From the human T2T-CHM13v2.0 reference genome, Homo sapiens: 64,000 nucleotides of DNA. Positions within the stretch are counted from its first letter, which is position 1; each line of letters starts with the position of its first letter. The translations under genes and the position numbers were made by a program. Shown piece by piece: positions 26,771 through 40,589 of the stretch. The DNA lies in NCBI RefSeq assembly GCF_009914755.1, contig NC_060932.1, one strand, 5' to 3'. The notes beneath the pieces were generated by a model. The model had not been told where the DNA came from. It did not search any database and saw nothing but the letters and a program-made list of their open reading frames with translations.

Positions 26771-28562
26771 CAGCTAGCACTTTGGAAAGCAATAATATGC
26801 ATCATCATATTGACTTCTCAAAAGAACCCAATAAAGCACAAACTATTATTATTTCCACTTCATATATAAGGAAACTAAGCACAGAGAATTTAAGCAAATT
26901 GCCAGTAAGGGGGGAAGCCTATTTTTAAACCTAGGCAATGCCCTTCCAAAGCCTGCACTCTTAACCACCGTGATCAATGGAGAGAAGTGATTATAATCCA
27001 TAGAATTGAGGAGATGAAAGGCTTTTGTAATGACAGGAGATTCACGAATGAGGAAGAGGGAGGTGTGAAGAATGGCAGCCCTGGTCTGGGTGGTCAGGGT
27101 CCCATTGCCTAAGATGAGAAACACTGGAGGAGAAATCCACTGCAGAGTGGGGAGTTCACATGCCCAGTTTTGGACCTGTGGAGTACAATTGAGACACATT
27201 AACATCTTCACATGGAAATGCTGAGTAGATCCTTGGATACATAATTCTGGAGGAGGGAGCCAGGTTGGTCGTAGACACTTGAGTGAGGTCAGTCCAACCA
27301 TCTGGTGGTTGAAGCATGGCTGTGAATGAGATCATTTGGGAAAGGGTTCTGAATTACTCCATCATCCACTCCACAAATGTTTGTTGGATCCTTCCATGTG
27401 CCTGGCATCATGGTAGCATGGCCTAGGGTATTAGCATATCCCAAAACACAGGTGTACTCCCTGCTTTCGTAGGGCTTCCTGGCCAAGAGTGAGACTGACA
27501 TGGACTCACACTAATGAATGAACCTTCTCAATCTGAAGCATATGCTCCTACAGGAAAACATAGGTCTTGTGAGAACAGGTCACCATCATCATCTCCATGG
27601 CTACAACCTTCATTTAAGCTACTGTCATCACTCATTTGATTCACTGTAATAGCCACATAACATCTTCCCACATCCGTTCTTGCCTTTCTCCAAAGTATTT
27701 TCCATTGTGTATCCCAAGTTATCTCTAAAAAGCACAACCTTATGTCACTCCTAGGTTGTGAGAGCAAGACTGGGTTTACATGCAGAGGAGCAGCTTTGCT
27801 GTGTAGTGCCTGTGTGGGGATGCAGTGTCCAGTTGGGAGTCTAAGCCCAACTTCCTTGTCTGGGACCCTCTTGGAGCAGCCCTTCTTCTCTCTGCTTCCT
27901 GACTTCTTTTTGCAGTCTCCTTTCCTAGCTTGGCTTTATCCTTTGATGGAGTTTTCTACTTCCATCTTTGTATCTTCCTTTCCTCATTTTCCCAGTACTC
28001 AGAATGCTGCCAGCCCTTTCAAATTTGCCAAGCACATGTCCTTCCCCAAGAACACTTCTGAGATCCTGACACCCCCACATAGGAGTGTCTGATCAAATGG
28101 AAGCAGTCGCGAATCGCCCTGAACAGTCCACATGGCAACACATTTCCAAAACATAGTTACTCCATGCATATTTGCTGATTTCATGTTTTGGTCTTTATTC
28201 TCTGCTTTTTTTTCTGCAGACGTAGTAGCTTCATTGTGATTTCTCCATGTTGTAAAAAGCTTTGTGAATAAGCGCTGGCCCCTGTGCCTAGGACCTAAAA
28301 GAAATTAGGCAGGTGTTGCAGAGAACAATGAGAAATTGATTTTGCTCTTCTGGATTTTCTATTTCCTTTTTGTTTGATATTCATAGGAAATTGTGTTTGT
28401 TTAGGAGCTCTGAATTTCTGGGGCAAGCAGAGGCTCATATCATTATATTTTTCTCTACAGTGCTAATTTGCTTGTCTGGGAAAAGGGGTAAGATGACACT
28501 CTGAAAACAACTGGCAGAGTGGCACCCAGACGTGCCCACACAGGGCGGCTCTCTTTGGCTCT

Positions 28563-28820
28563 TGCTGCTGCTGCTGCTGCTCCTCCTCCTCCTCCTCTTC
28601 TTCTTTCTTTGTTCTTCTTTCTTCTGTCTTCTTTCTTTTTTCTTCTTTCTTCTCTCTTCTTTCTTTTTTCTTCTTCTTTCTCCCTTCTTTCTTCCTTTTC
28701 TTCTCTTCCTCCTCCTCCTCTTCTTTCTCCTTCTCCTTCTCTGCCTCCTCTTCCTCCTACTTCTCCTCCTCCTCTCTCTGTCTATCTCTCCTTCCTTTCC
28801 CTCTCCTTTCTCTTCTTCTC
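28563..28820. repeat. (GCT)n followed by a long CT-rich (CCT/CTT) tract
   Basis: About 240 nt almost entirely pyrimidine on the + strand. Confidence 0.95.
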
Positions 28821-29624
28821 AAGCCATATGTCCTGATTTGTCTCATCCCCAGTTTCTATACATTGCCCAGGGATGACTATCCACAGTGCCCCTGTCCTGC
28901 CAGTCTCAAATGTATCATGATATGGGTGACAATGACACAATAATGACATGGTCACCTTCGTCTAAGGCCCTGCTCTCTCCTCTCCCTGCCTGGCACACTG
29001 ACCGGCTGACTCATGGTGTTTTCTCCCTCCAGCTTCCTCCAGTTGACCCACTCTTTTCATGTGCTCATCTCTGCCTATCACAAGACCATCTTTTCTCACC
29101 CAGGAAGGCATTGAGCAGAAGCAGAGATATTCATCTGGGGTATGGTGTTGTTCAGAGGTGCCGATGGAGTCCTCTCTCTCAGCCAGTTTCTACCAAGCTG
29201 GAAACCTAGGTTCAAGATTCATCCTTGTTTTGTCCTGAAGCATCACCCCACTCAGAATTCACATTCACATCCTCAGGAGGGGCAGAGGCTGCAGCCATCC
29301 TGTGCCCTCCCCACCCAGTCTGGATGCATCCCTCCCACCCGCAGCAGGGACTCCAGGTTGCAGGGGTGGCCTTGGGCATTGCTTGCCTGGTGCATGAGGA
29401 AGGCTGTCCAGTTCCAAATGCAGCCTGGTCCACACACACCTGTCCTCACCACCACCCGTGTGCATTCAGTGATCATACAATCCCTTCCAGAAATCCCCAG
29501 AGGCAGACTGCAGATGTCAGAACCCATTGACTTTCCCCTTCGCTCCTTAAACCCATCACACACTCATCCCAGTTAGCTTTGAGTTTAATCTATTGTTACT
29601 CAACCAGACACAAGGTGCACAGGG

Positions 29625-30035
29625 TGTTATGGACTGGATATTTATGTCCCCTCACCCCCAATTCCATATGCTGATGCCCTAACACCCAGTGTAATGGTGT
29701 TTGAAGGTAGGGGTATTGAAAGGTAATTGGGCTTAGGTGAGGTCATGAGAGTGGGGGCCCTATAATGGGATTAGTGTCCTTATAAAAGAGGAAGAGGCTA
29801 GATTCCTCTCCCTCTCCCCCTCCCTCCCTTCCTCTCTTTCTCTTCCTCTCTCTCTCTCTCTTAGCCATGTGAGGACAGAAGGAGAAGGTGTACTTCTGTA
29901 AATGAGGAAGCTCACACCAGGAGCCAAATCTGCTGTACCTTGATCTTAGACTCCCAGCTCTAGAGCTGTTTAGAAATAAATGCTTCTTGTTTAAGGCGCC
30001 CAGTCAGGGTGATTTGTTAGAGCAGCTCAAGATGA
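29625..30035 (+). mobile_element. MaLR LTR (MLT1/MST-like)
   Basis: TGTTATGGACTG...ATGGGATTAGTG.CCTTATAAAAGA...GAAATAAATG..TC.TGTTTAAG. Confidence 0.82.
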
Positions 30036-30719
30036 CCGGGACACAGGCCAGCAGTTCCCTGTGCCTGGAAGAGCAGTCTCAGGCACACAGGCCATTGGCT
30101 CAGGTTCTCTGTATCTGGAACAATCTCTGTCACCCTCCTTCAGATGCTGCTAGAGTAGGGCCCAAGGTCACAGTGCAAGAGGTAGGGAGGAGGAGGTTAC
30201 TTGTCCTGGTAAGTTGCCATTTTTGAAAGAAAAGTTACCCTAGAGAGAATAAAATGGAAGCACACAAGGCTGGTCTCCCATGCATGAAAATAGTCCCTGA
30301 AAAAGAGGAAAGGGTTCATCCAGGAAACCACAACCCAGTGCCGCAGTATTTAAAAAGGTATATTCACAAGGACCTTCTGCATCCCCTCCCTGTTTCCTGT
30401 GTGTGCTCTGCAGGCCAGCCCGCCCCCACACAGACACCTACAGAGGCCAGCACAAGGTAGACACGCAGGTTCCGGGCCTTTGTGGATCTCCACGCCCACA
30501 TTCATTGCATCCACAAATTGGCAGTCAGGTGCCTGGGCTTTCATTTCTATTTTTAATCTGGTAGTTGCATTGCTGAATGTCCTTGTTAGAGACTTTTATC
30601 ACGTCAAAATGAATGCTTTCAGGGTGTTAAGTTTTGCTCACTTGTATTATTTTGTTCTTCAATCACTTATTTTAGAATGATCCCTTACATGTGTTGCAAA
30701 CTCAGAATGTATATAACCA

Positions 30720-31172
30720 GTGTATCAGTTTTCTATGGCTGCCACTGCAAATTATCACAAACCTGGTGGCTTACAATAGAAATGATTCTCTCACATTTCT
30801 GGAGGCCAGAAGTCCTAAATCAAGGTGTCAGCAGGGACTCAGTTCTCCTGAAGGCTCTAGGGGAGGATCTCTCCTTGCCTGTCCCAGCTTCTGGTAGCTC
30901 TAGGCATTCGCAGCTTATGGATACTTCACTCCAACTTCTGCTTCCATCTTCACGTGGACTTCTCCTCTCTCTGTGTCTCTTTTCTGTATCTTTTACAAGG
31001 ATGCTTATCATTGGATTTGGGGCCACTCAGTCCAGAGTGATCTCATCTTGAGATCCTTAACTTAATTACATTTGCAAAGCCCCCCATTTTTTTTTCCAAA
31101 TGAGGTCACATTCACAGATTCTGGGGTTAGGACATGGACATATCTTTTGGGGGCCACCATTCAACCCATTAT
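30720..31172 (-). mobile_element. MaLR LTR (MLT1-like), antisense
   Basis: TGTATCAGTTTTCTATGGCTGCC...TCTGGAGGCCAGAAGTCC.AAATCAAGGTGTCAGCAGGG. Confidence 0.82.
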
Positions 31173-31364
31173 GACCTTCAATTCAGATCATAGTATCTGT
31201 CACTGGTACCTCCATTCAGGCACACACAGACCAGTGTACCCAGATGTACAGCAGTGAGTGGGCCTTTTGTCCATTTAAAAGCTTTAATTATGTCATTTTG
31301 GGGTATGTGCAGAAGAAAATAGAGACTCACCGAATGTGTGAGTCAGCTCTTCTCCCCAGGAGCC

Positions 31365-31560
31365 GTTCCACACCTCCTGGAAGTCGGCAGCGGGAAATGT
31401 GTAGGGGCCCTTTATAGTTGGCACATTGTCATGGTTCTCACGATGATTGGGGCTGGGGCTTGGCATTTGGTGGGTGGGCTGTTGCCATGGGTGAACAGTC
31501 CCATACAACAAAGAATCCTCCTGCCCCAAGTGCCAGTGGTACCCTGTTGAGATTCACTGA
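31365..31560. mobile_element. MER20-like hAT fragment
   Basis: TGGTTCTCACGA...TGGCATT.GGTGGG...ACAGTCCC..ACAACAAAGAAT. Confidence 0.5.
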
Positions 31561-32068
31561 TGTGAATTAGGAAGCATTATGGTACCATGAATGCTCTGAA
31601 CCCAGTCCCCATGTGAAAAATAAAACTTTACCTGTCATGTTGAAGCGACACCTGCCCCTCCTGCTCTGAGGCAGGCACTGCATGTCACCGGAAAGAATGG
31701 TATAGTAACTGCTTTAAAAGATATTTTAGTAGGGGGACTTTGGGGGGAAAAATCTGTGAAGGCCACCTGGTACTCTCCCAACTGATCTTTATTGTTCTTC
31801 ATCCCTCCTCAATCTCAGCGTGGCATCAAGAACGCTTCATACGGTTTATGGGTAAATCAGAATTTTTGACAGAATGGTCTCATTTTTAACAGAACATTTT
31901 TATTTTTCAGAGACACTTATATTCTGCTCAATATAGTGAGCAGAAAGAAAAGGCCTTCTAAAGAAAAGGCCTTTTGTTAACCTTTTCAGCCTTTTTTCTG
32001 CCTTCTCAGAACTCTACTTCCCGTCTTCACACACAGCAGAAGGTGCAAGGGAAGAGCCTGCTATCCAG

Positions 32069-32198
32069 GCCCTGGGAACATAAAACCCTTCATGATTCTC
32101 TTGCTCCAAACAGGAGGAAGTCATTTTTCTTTGCCCTGGGAACATAAAACCCTTCATGATTCTCTTGCTTGAAGCAGAAGGAAGTCATTTTTCTTTGC
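32069..32198. repeat. 64-bp tandem duplication (2 copies, 4 mismatches)
   Basis: gccctgggaacataaaacccttcatgattctcttgct...ggaagtcatttttcttt at 32069 and 32133. Confidence 0.95.
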
Positions 32199-32823
32199 AT
32201 TGTTCATCCCAGTCACTGGCATGGCCAGATCAGCCGTGGTCATGACCTGATCATCCTATGAGGCTCCTTGACTGCACTTCACCCACCTGCTGCTGGTGCT
32301 GGCTCCAGCTCACAAAGGGCCTCAGATCCCTTTCTTCAGGGATTGCTTCCTTCAACCACCTGTACCCCTCTATAGGGCTCAGCCTTTGGAAGAATTTAGA
32401 GCCACTACTGGACAGGTGCTCCCGGGAGGTGGGTCTCCCCAGGTGCCAGTTCCCACCCAGTCAGGGGAGTCAGAGGAACCTCTGGCCCAAGGACCCCGAA
32501 CTCCATTTCCAGCTCACATCTTCATGTCTTAATTCTAGACTTCTTGGGTTAATCAACTCCTCAGGTTGACTTGACCCTTGAGCCATGTTCATCCTTCCCC
32601 CCTTACCCATCACAATGCTAGCTACCATTTTTTGAGCACCTGCTCCGCACCTACCATTGTGCTAAGCTCTTACGTGTCTGTAACCCACATAAAGCCAGTC
32701 AGTTGTTCTGACCTTGAAGCCAGTCTCAGTACAGCATCACATTCCAACATATATTAGTCTGCCATCTAAAAATAACTGGAAATCCATTTAAATCTTTACT
32801 GTAATCTCTTTGAGGGAGAGAAC

Positions 32824-33444
32824 TGTTGGGGCTCAGAAAACAATATCCCCAAATGAAGGCCTCAGCAGCAGCCTCAGAAGCAAAAGTTTTTCTCTGACTT
32901 TCTCCTGCCCCCTGTCTCTCAGCCCCACTCTCCCCCGAGGTGCCATAGAAACTAGGATTGTCTTCCCCAAGGTGGGTCATAGAACCAGAACCTCTTTTCC
33001 CCCACAGAAATCCGGCCATAAAACCTAAAAGTATTCCATGTAAAAACAGGCCATAAAGAAATTATCTGACCTACATTGTTGGACTATAGGTCATAAGGCC
33101 TTGATTCCAGAGAGGGCCTGCCCTGCACCCAGCAGGAAGGAACACTGCTCAGAGAGGCCCAGAAGAATCTAGACAGACAGGCCTGTCTGGGTTTCCCCAC
33201 TCAGCCTGTCAACATTAGATCAGACCCTTCTCCTCCAATCATATTTCTACATGACTGTCCATTGTTTGCTAAACCTAAGCATAAAAATGGACAATTTCTC
33301 CTCTATTTTTGGGTCTTCATTCTGAAGGTACCTGTGTATGCATATTAAGTAAATTTGTATGCCTTTTCTCCTTTAATCAATCTGCCTCATTTCAGTGATT
33401 TTTTTCAGTGAACCTTTAGGAAGCCAAAAGCCTTGGCCCCCACA
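32824..33444 (+). mobile_element. Solo ERV1-class LTR (MER39/LTR29-like group; subfamily uncertain)
   Basis: TG...CA ends; TGTTGGGGCTCAGAAAAC.ATA.CCCAAA.TGAAGGCCTCAG start. Confidence 0.75.
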
Positions 33445-33597
33445 GGGGATATCACTGGGGGATCGCTGTCCAGATAGGTAGTAAAATTTATTAAAATTCT
33501 CATAACCGTATACCAATTAAAAGTAAAACAACTGTCTGTGTCTGTCTAACCCAAGGTCAGACATGGAGCATTGTTTTAGCTCTAACTGGTCAATGTC

Positions 33598-34030
33598 TGT
33601 ATTAGTCTCCTAGGTCTGCTTTAACAAAGCACCACAAACAGAGTGATGTGAAACAACAGAAAGGTATTGTATCACAGTTCTGGAGGCTAGAAATTAAAGA
33701 TCAAGGTGTCAGCAGGGCCCTGCTCCCTCTGAAGTCCACAGGGGAACCCGTCCTTTCCTCTCCCTGGCTGGTGATTCGCCAATGGTCTTTGACACTCCTT
33801 GGCCTGCAGCTGCATCACTCAAATCTTGCACCATCTCCCCGTGTGCATGTCTCTCTCTGCATTCACACTTCCCCCTTTTTTAAGGACACCAGTCATTTTA
33901 GATGACAGCCCACCCGAATGACCTCATTTTAACTCGATTAGTCTGTAAACACTCTATAAAGTCCTGCGCTAAGGCACTAGAGGTTAAGATTTCAACATAT
34001 CCTTTTGGGGAACCACAATTCAACCCATAT
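33598..34030 (-). mobile_element. MaLR LTR (MLT1-like), antisense
   Basis: TGTATTAGTCTCCTAGG...CACAGTTCTGGAGGCTAGAA...ATCAAGGTGTCAGCAGGGCC. Confidence 0.8.
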
Positions 34031-34517
34031 GGTATCTTACTAGATAGATGTATAAAGTTTTTTGGAATCCAGGGGAAGAAACAAAAACCTTATCACAGGG
34101 AGTCAGGGAAGGCTTCCCAGGGGCCCTCATAGTGCTCTCTGGGCCTTAAAGCATAACAGGGAGCTCACCAGGAGGAAAGGACAAGGGGGAGAGGGGAGCC
34201 AGGGGTCCCCCAGGCAGGAAGAATTAAATGTGTTCAGCACAGAGGAAAGCAAGAGCATGCTGTGTTGGGGGCGAAGAAAGAGAGCAACTTTGGAGACCAG
34301 GCACAGAGCACATTGTGGGTACAGAGGGGATGGGACTGGAAAGAACATGTGGGAAAAAAACCCAAAGGGAGATTTACGCCTTGTGTTCATTAGTTTGGGT
34401 CTTATCTGATTGTACAGAAAATGAGGAACCAATGAGAGATTTTCCACCAAAATCACCTGCATTGATTTTGTCCTCAACCTCAGAGTGACACCTTCTTAAA
34501 TAAAATGTAAGCAAGAC

Positions 34518-34812
34518 TTATTTTTATTTTTGAGACAGTTTTACTCTTGTGGCCCAGGCTGAAGTGCAATGGTGCGATATCAGCTCACTGCAACCTCTGC
34601 CTCCGGGTTCAAGTGATTGGCCTTCCTCAGCCTCCCAAGTAGCTGGGTTTTATAGGCATGCACCACCATGCCAGGCTAATTTTTGTATTTTTAGTAGAGG
34701 CAGGGTTTCACCATGTTGGCCAGGCTAGTCTCGAACTCCTGACCTCAGGTGATCCTCCTGCCTCGGCCTCCCAAAGGGCTGGGATTACAAGTGTGAGCCA
34801 CCATGCCTGGCC
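34518..34812 (-). mobile_element. Alu (AluS-like), antisense
   Basis: Standard Alu motifs; aagactt on both flanks. Confidence 0.94.
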
Positions 34813-36489
34813 TAAGACTTTTTTTCAACAAAAGCTTAAGTGTAGTTTATTTATTAAAATGTTAAGTATAGTCATCTTACTAAAACAAACAAACAAAAAA
34901 GAATACTTTGAAAAGAGTAAGGAGGGTGAATTGAATTAAGCCTGGGAAGCAGTTTGCAAGCCACTGTCCCAGGTGGGGTTCCTGGGAAGCAGACCTGGGT
35001 GGGAGGCTTGCATTGGAGGAAGCGTGTTGATGGGAGCTCCCAAGGCACACAGCTAGTGGGAGGGAAGAAAGCAGGATGGGGCAGAGGAAAAAGTTGGGCT
35101 GCGATGCAGCCACAGCAAAGGCCTCAGCCCATTCCACTGGAGCCTTAGAGCCCAGAAGAGCTGTCCCAAATCAGGATGAAAGGACATAGGTATTATGTGT
35201 GTTCACCAGTCACTCAATATGGATGGCCCCTAGGAAAGGTGTGACCTTAGGCAAGGGCCACTCTTTGAGTGAGAGCAATCCTGGTGGAGGACAGTGGGGG
35301 ACTCAGCTGTCATGTTGTTTTCAAAAACCCAGCCACTAACATCAAACATGTTTAATAAGCTTATTAAGAAAAAAGCCAAAAAGATTAGGTATTTTATTAG
35401 AAATAGGTGAGCCTGAGAAAATAGTGAGACAATAGAGATCACTGAAGAAAGTTATAAATGGATGAGCACTGACAAAAGAGAAGGAAAGTGAGCTGAGTAA
35501 TTAATTCATTCAACCACCTTTTCCTTTTTGGAAGTAGATTATCCAGAGCACAGAGACAAGCCATCCGGTCCTGTTGCTTCTTTGTTTCTGACCTATAGGA
35601 AGAAAGGCCAGAGAATAGGGAGAGAGGCAAAGGTAGTTTGAAGTCTTTACGCTATTTGATAAAGCAACTAAATCAGTGTTAGCCAAGCAGGAGGAAAAGC
35701 TATAGACATTTTAATGTTTGCAAGAAAGCATTCAAAGGTTCTTAATAACCAGGCTGTGAGCCATGGGCAGTCGGAGAGCCTGGAAGCCCTCCTGTGGGAA
35801 GAAGCAAAGGTCTTCCTGTAGCAAAAAACAGTCCTGGGCTTACCCAAATAGCAACTGATAAAATTAAGACAGTTTTTAAAAATCATGGCATATATGGCAA
35901 TCTAGTGAATAGATAATCATTATATACTGTCATTTTTTAAAAGTGATTTATTAATAGAGAAAGAAATATTGACTCAGTGGTAGCGGTCAGGGAGCTCTGG
36001 GTGGAGTGCTGATCTTGCTGCCCCCACTGTTTGCTTGAGAAGCTGTTTACATATTAGAATGATAAAGAAGAGGATTCAGGCTGAGGAAGGCAGGGCTCGT
36101 GCAAGAGCCAATGCAGGTGAGAGCATGTCAAATCTCAGCACTTACCTTTCTGTTACCCCAATCTGGCCACCCCCCTGAATTCACACCATACCTTTCCTCC
36201 TACCTATGAAATGTAAGGAGCTCCTTGAGGCAAGGGCCTATGTGTGTGCACGAGAGCCCCTAGCTCTGTTTTGCATAGTGAGTATGTCATAGACAGTTGC
36301 TGATGGTTTGAATGAAGAAGCCATTCTGCAGCTTAACATGATGAGGCTGGAGGGCTGCAGAGAGGGGACTGTGGCTCAGGGAGCTTGTCATCCTATTGGA
36401 AGTACATGTCAAAATTGGGTTCTCACCCTCGTTTGTATGACTCCAAAGTTAGAGCTCTATCTGTGTCACTCATGGTCAAAAACCTTGTT

Positions 36490-37287
36490 TCCCCCACCTT
36501 CTGTGTGCCTAAAGGATTGGCACACTTTGCAAGGCAGTCCTGTCACAGTGCACTTCTAGAGTTAGCTCAGACTTCACAGGCTGAGGGTGCATCCTCCACA
36601 AGACTCCCTCCCCTTACACCCCAATTGCAAGCTCCAGGATTCCTAGGCCATTCACACTTCTGACCAATTGGCTACAAGTTTGGGGGTTTCCGCTATCCCA
36701 GCAGGTTCAACAGTTTCCTAAAACAACTCACAGAATGCAGGAAAGTGCTATCCTTACAGTTTTATCATATAAATGAGAGCCAGCCAAATGAAGAAACATA
36801 GAGGACAGGTCTGAGGGACCCCAAACAGGAAGGTTTCATATCCTCAGAAGGCTTTGCCCTCCAGACACACCAACAAGATGTGCATCACCAACCAGGAAGT
36901 TCACCTGAGCTTTGGTGCCCAAGAATTTATTAGGCCTTATTATACAGGCATCGTTGATTGATTGATTGATTGATTGATGGAATCACTGGCCACATAATTG
37001 GACTCAATCTCCAGCTCCCCTTCCCTCCCTGGAGGTCAGGCTGATACCATGTGGCTCAAAGCTTCAACTCTCTGATTACCCGGTTGGTCTTTCCAGCATT
37101 GCAGCCCCCATCCTGAGGCTAGCAGGGACCCACCATGAATCACCTCATTAGTATAGATTCAGTTGTAGTCTGAGGAACCCACAGTGAAGGACAAAGGCCA
37201 TCCTAACTCTTGGGAAATTCCAAGGGTTTAAACACCCCCTCTGCAGAACCAAGGACAAAAACTCATCAAATTCTTTATGATACACCA
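36490..37287 (-). mobile_element. MER21-like LTR, antisense, containing a (GATT)n run
   Basis: ACTTCTGACCAA.TGGCTA..A.TT.GGGG...AACTCACAGAA..CAGGAAA; end reads TGGTGTATCATAAAGAATTTG on the minus strand. Confidence 0.65.
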
Positions 37288-37794
37288 TCAGTAACCAGCA
37301 GTGGTGACATTGGTGGCAGGTGCTCCCTGTCCCCCAAGAACTTCAGGTTTGCCCCCCAGGAAAGAATGCACCACTGGTAAGAATCTGCCCAGCACCAGGC
37401 ACCTCCCAAATAGCACATTTCATGCTTAGAAAGCTCCCAAGGTCTTCCTTACCTGAAGCTGAAATCTATCTTCCTATGAAGATATGTTGGGTGAAGAGTC
37501 TCTTAATGAATTTCAACCCCAAGGACCTCGAGTTAAATTTTCCTCCACCATGTCTACAACAGAAATTGGTTGCTTCTTAGAAGGAAATCTGAAAAAAAAA
37601 TTTTGTGCAAGCAGAGTCCTGGAGAGTTTCACCAACTAGAATCATTAGCTGGATTTAGTCTGACCCCTCTCAGAGACTATGGGTAGGGGAGAAGCTGCAC
37701 GGCCATGTCTGGCCTGATACAAATCTTATTCAACCCCTTGATATGGTGCCTTTACTTCTCATGTGGCTGGGAATCTCCCTCACCAGAGTCTCTT

Positions 37795-39340
<1,546 letters not shown>

Positions 39341-39385
39341 GGGCTGTCACTGCTTCTAAGTCCTTTCCATAAATGAAGCTCAGTT

Positions 39386-39395
39386 TCTCTCTCTC

Positions 39396-39427
<32 letters not shown>

Positions 39428-39446
39428 TGTGTTTGTGTGTGTGTGT
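39386..39446. repeat. Compound (CT)n(GT)n microsatellite
   Basis: Directly visible. Confidence 0.95.
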
Positions 39447-39594
39447 ATCTCTTTCTATCTATAAAACCATGAGTCACACCTGCACTTCCAATTCCAATCC
39501 TTCACCTCCAAAGATTTCAAAAATGATGAGATAGGTTGGCTAGACTCTCTAGGCTCCCCATCTCCATAAGAGTTTCCCATTATCCTCAATACAT

Positions 39595-39677
39595 TTACTT
39601 CTTTGCTCACTCCCCCCTTTGGTTACTTCTTTGCTCACTCCCCCTGTTTGGTTCTTTGCTCACTCCCCGTTTGGTTA
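39595..39677. repeat. Minisatellite, ~3 copies of a ~25-28 bp unit (ttctttgctcactcccc..tttgg)
   Basis: Directly visible. Confidence 0.9.
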
Positions 39678-40589
39678 CAATCTCCTAATCACTCCAACCA
39701 TCTCTCTTGGCCCAATCCTTTGACCCCTGACCTTGCCACCACCTCCAAAGGAAGGAAAAAGAAAAGAAGATAGAAAGGTAGAGAAAGAGAAAAATAGAAT
39801 GAATTTTGCTTTGTTTTCCCAGTCTGGTTTACAGAGCACCAGTCTGCGAAGGAGATTGCTGTGTCAAAATAAGGCTAATATTTTGTTGTTTAGGGGGCTG
39901 TTTTTTTGTTTGTTTGTTTTTTAGTATTTACCTTGGGCCAAGCACCGTTCTATGGAGTTTTATCTAATTTAATCCTCATAAAAGCATTCCAAATTGGTAC
40001 TATTATTTTGTCCATATTCTAGATGAGAAAACCAAATCCAGAGAAGTTTAGTATGTACCCAAGCATATCCAGCTGGGTGGTGGTGGTGGGTGGATGGGGC
40101 ACTGCTGCAGCCTGGCACCAGGGCTTGTACTCCTGGCTATTGCTAGTCTGCATTTCAGTTATCCATGACTTAAAAGGTATTCTCTGCTCCCCAACCCTCT
40201 CCCATTTGCAGAGAACACAGATTTGTTAATAAAATAGCACAAATATTTCAAAAATGATGGGATAGCTTGGCTAGACTAATCTTTCTCCAGATAACAATGA
40301 TAAAATCTGGACAAAATATAAAAGGGAACTCTCTGCAAGCACTGGTGAGTGCCCATAGCAAGCACAAACTAAAAGGAAACCTGCTCTTGAGAGCTAAACT
40401 GTGATGAATGAGATCTGCAAGTTTGTGGCTTTTTGCCTGAGAGAACTTTCCAGTCTGGAATGGGCTCCAGGGGCAAAAATCTGCAGCCTTACTAGCTTAA
40501 AGTGTCAGAGGATACAATATGAGATTGGCAGAGCAGCAAGAAGATTAGCAGAAAATCATGGAGAGAGTAAGCCCCAAAATAAAACATTA

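Noticed and set aside
26683-26928. Met/Val-rich ORF
   Set aside because: Translation of the (GAT/GGT)n repeat
28519-28876. Poly-Leu/Phe/Pro ORFs resembling signal or transmembrane peptides
   Set aside because: Artefact of the CT-rich simple repeat, which lacks stop codons
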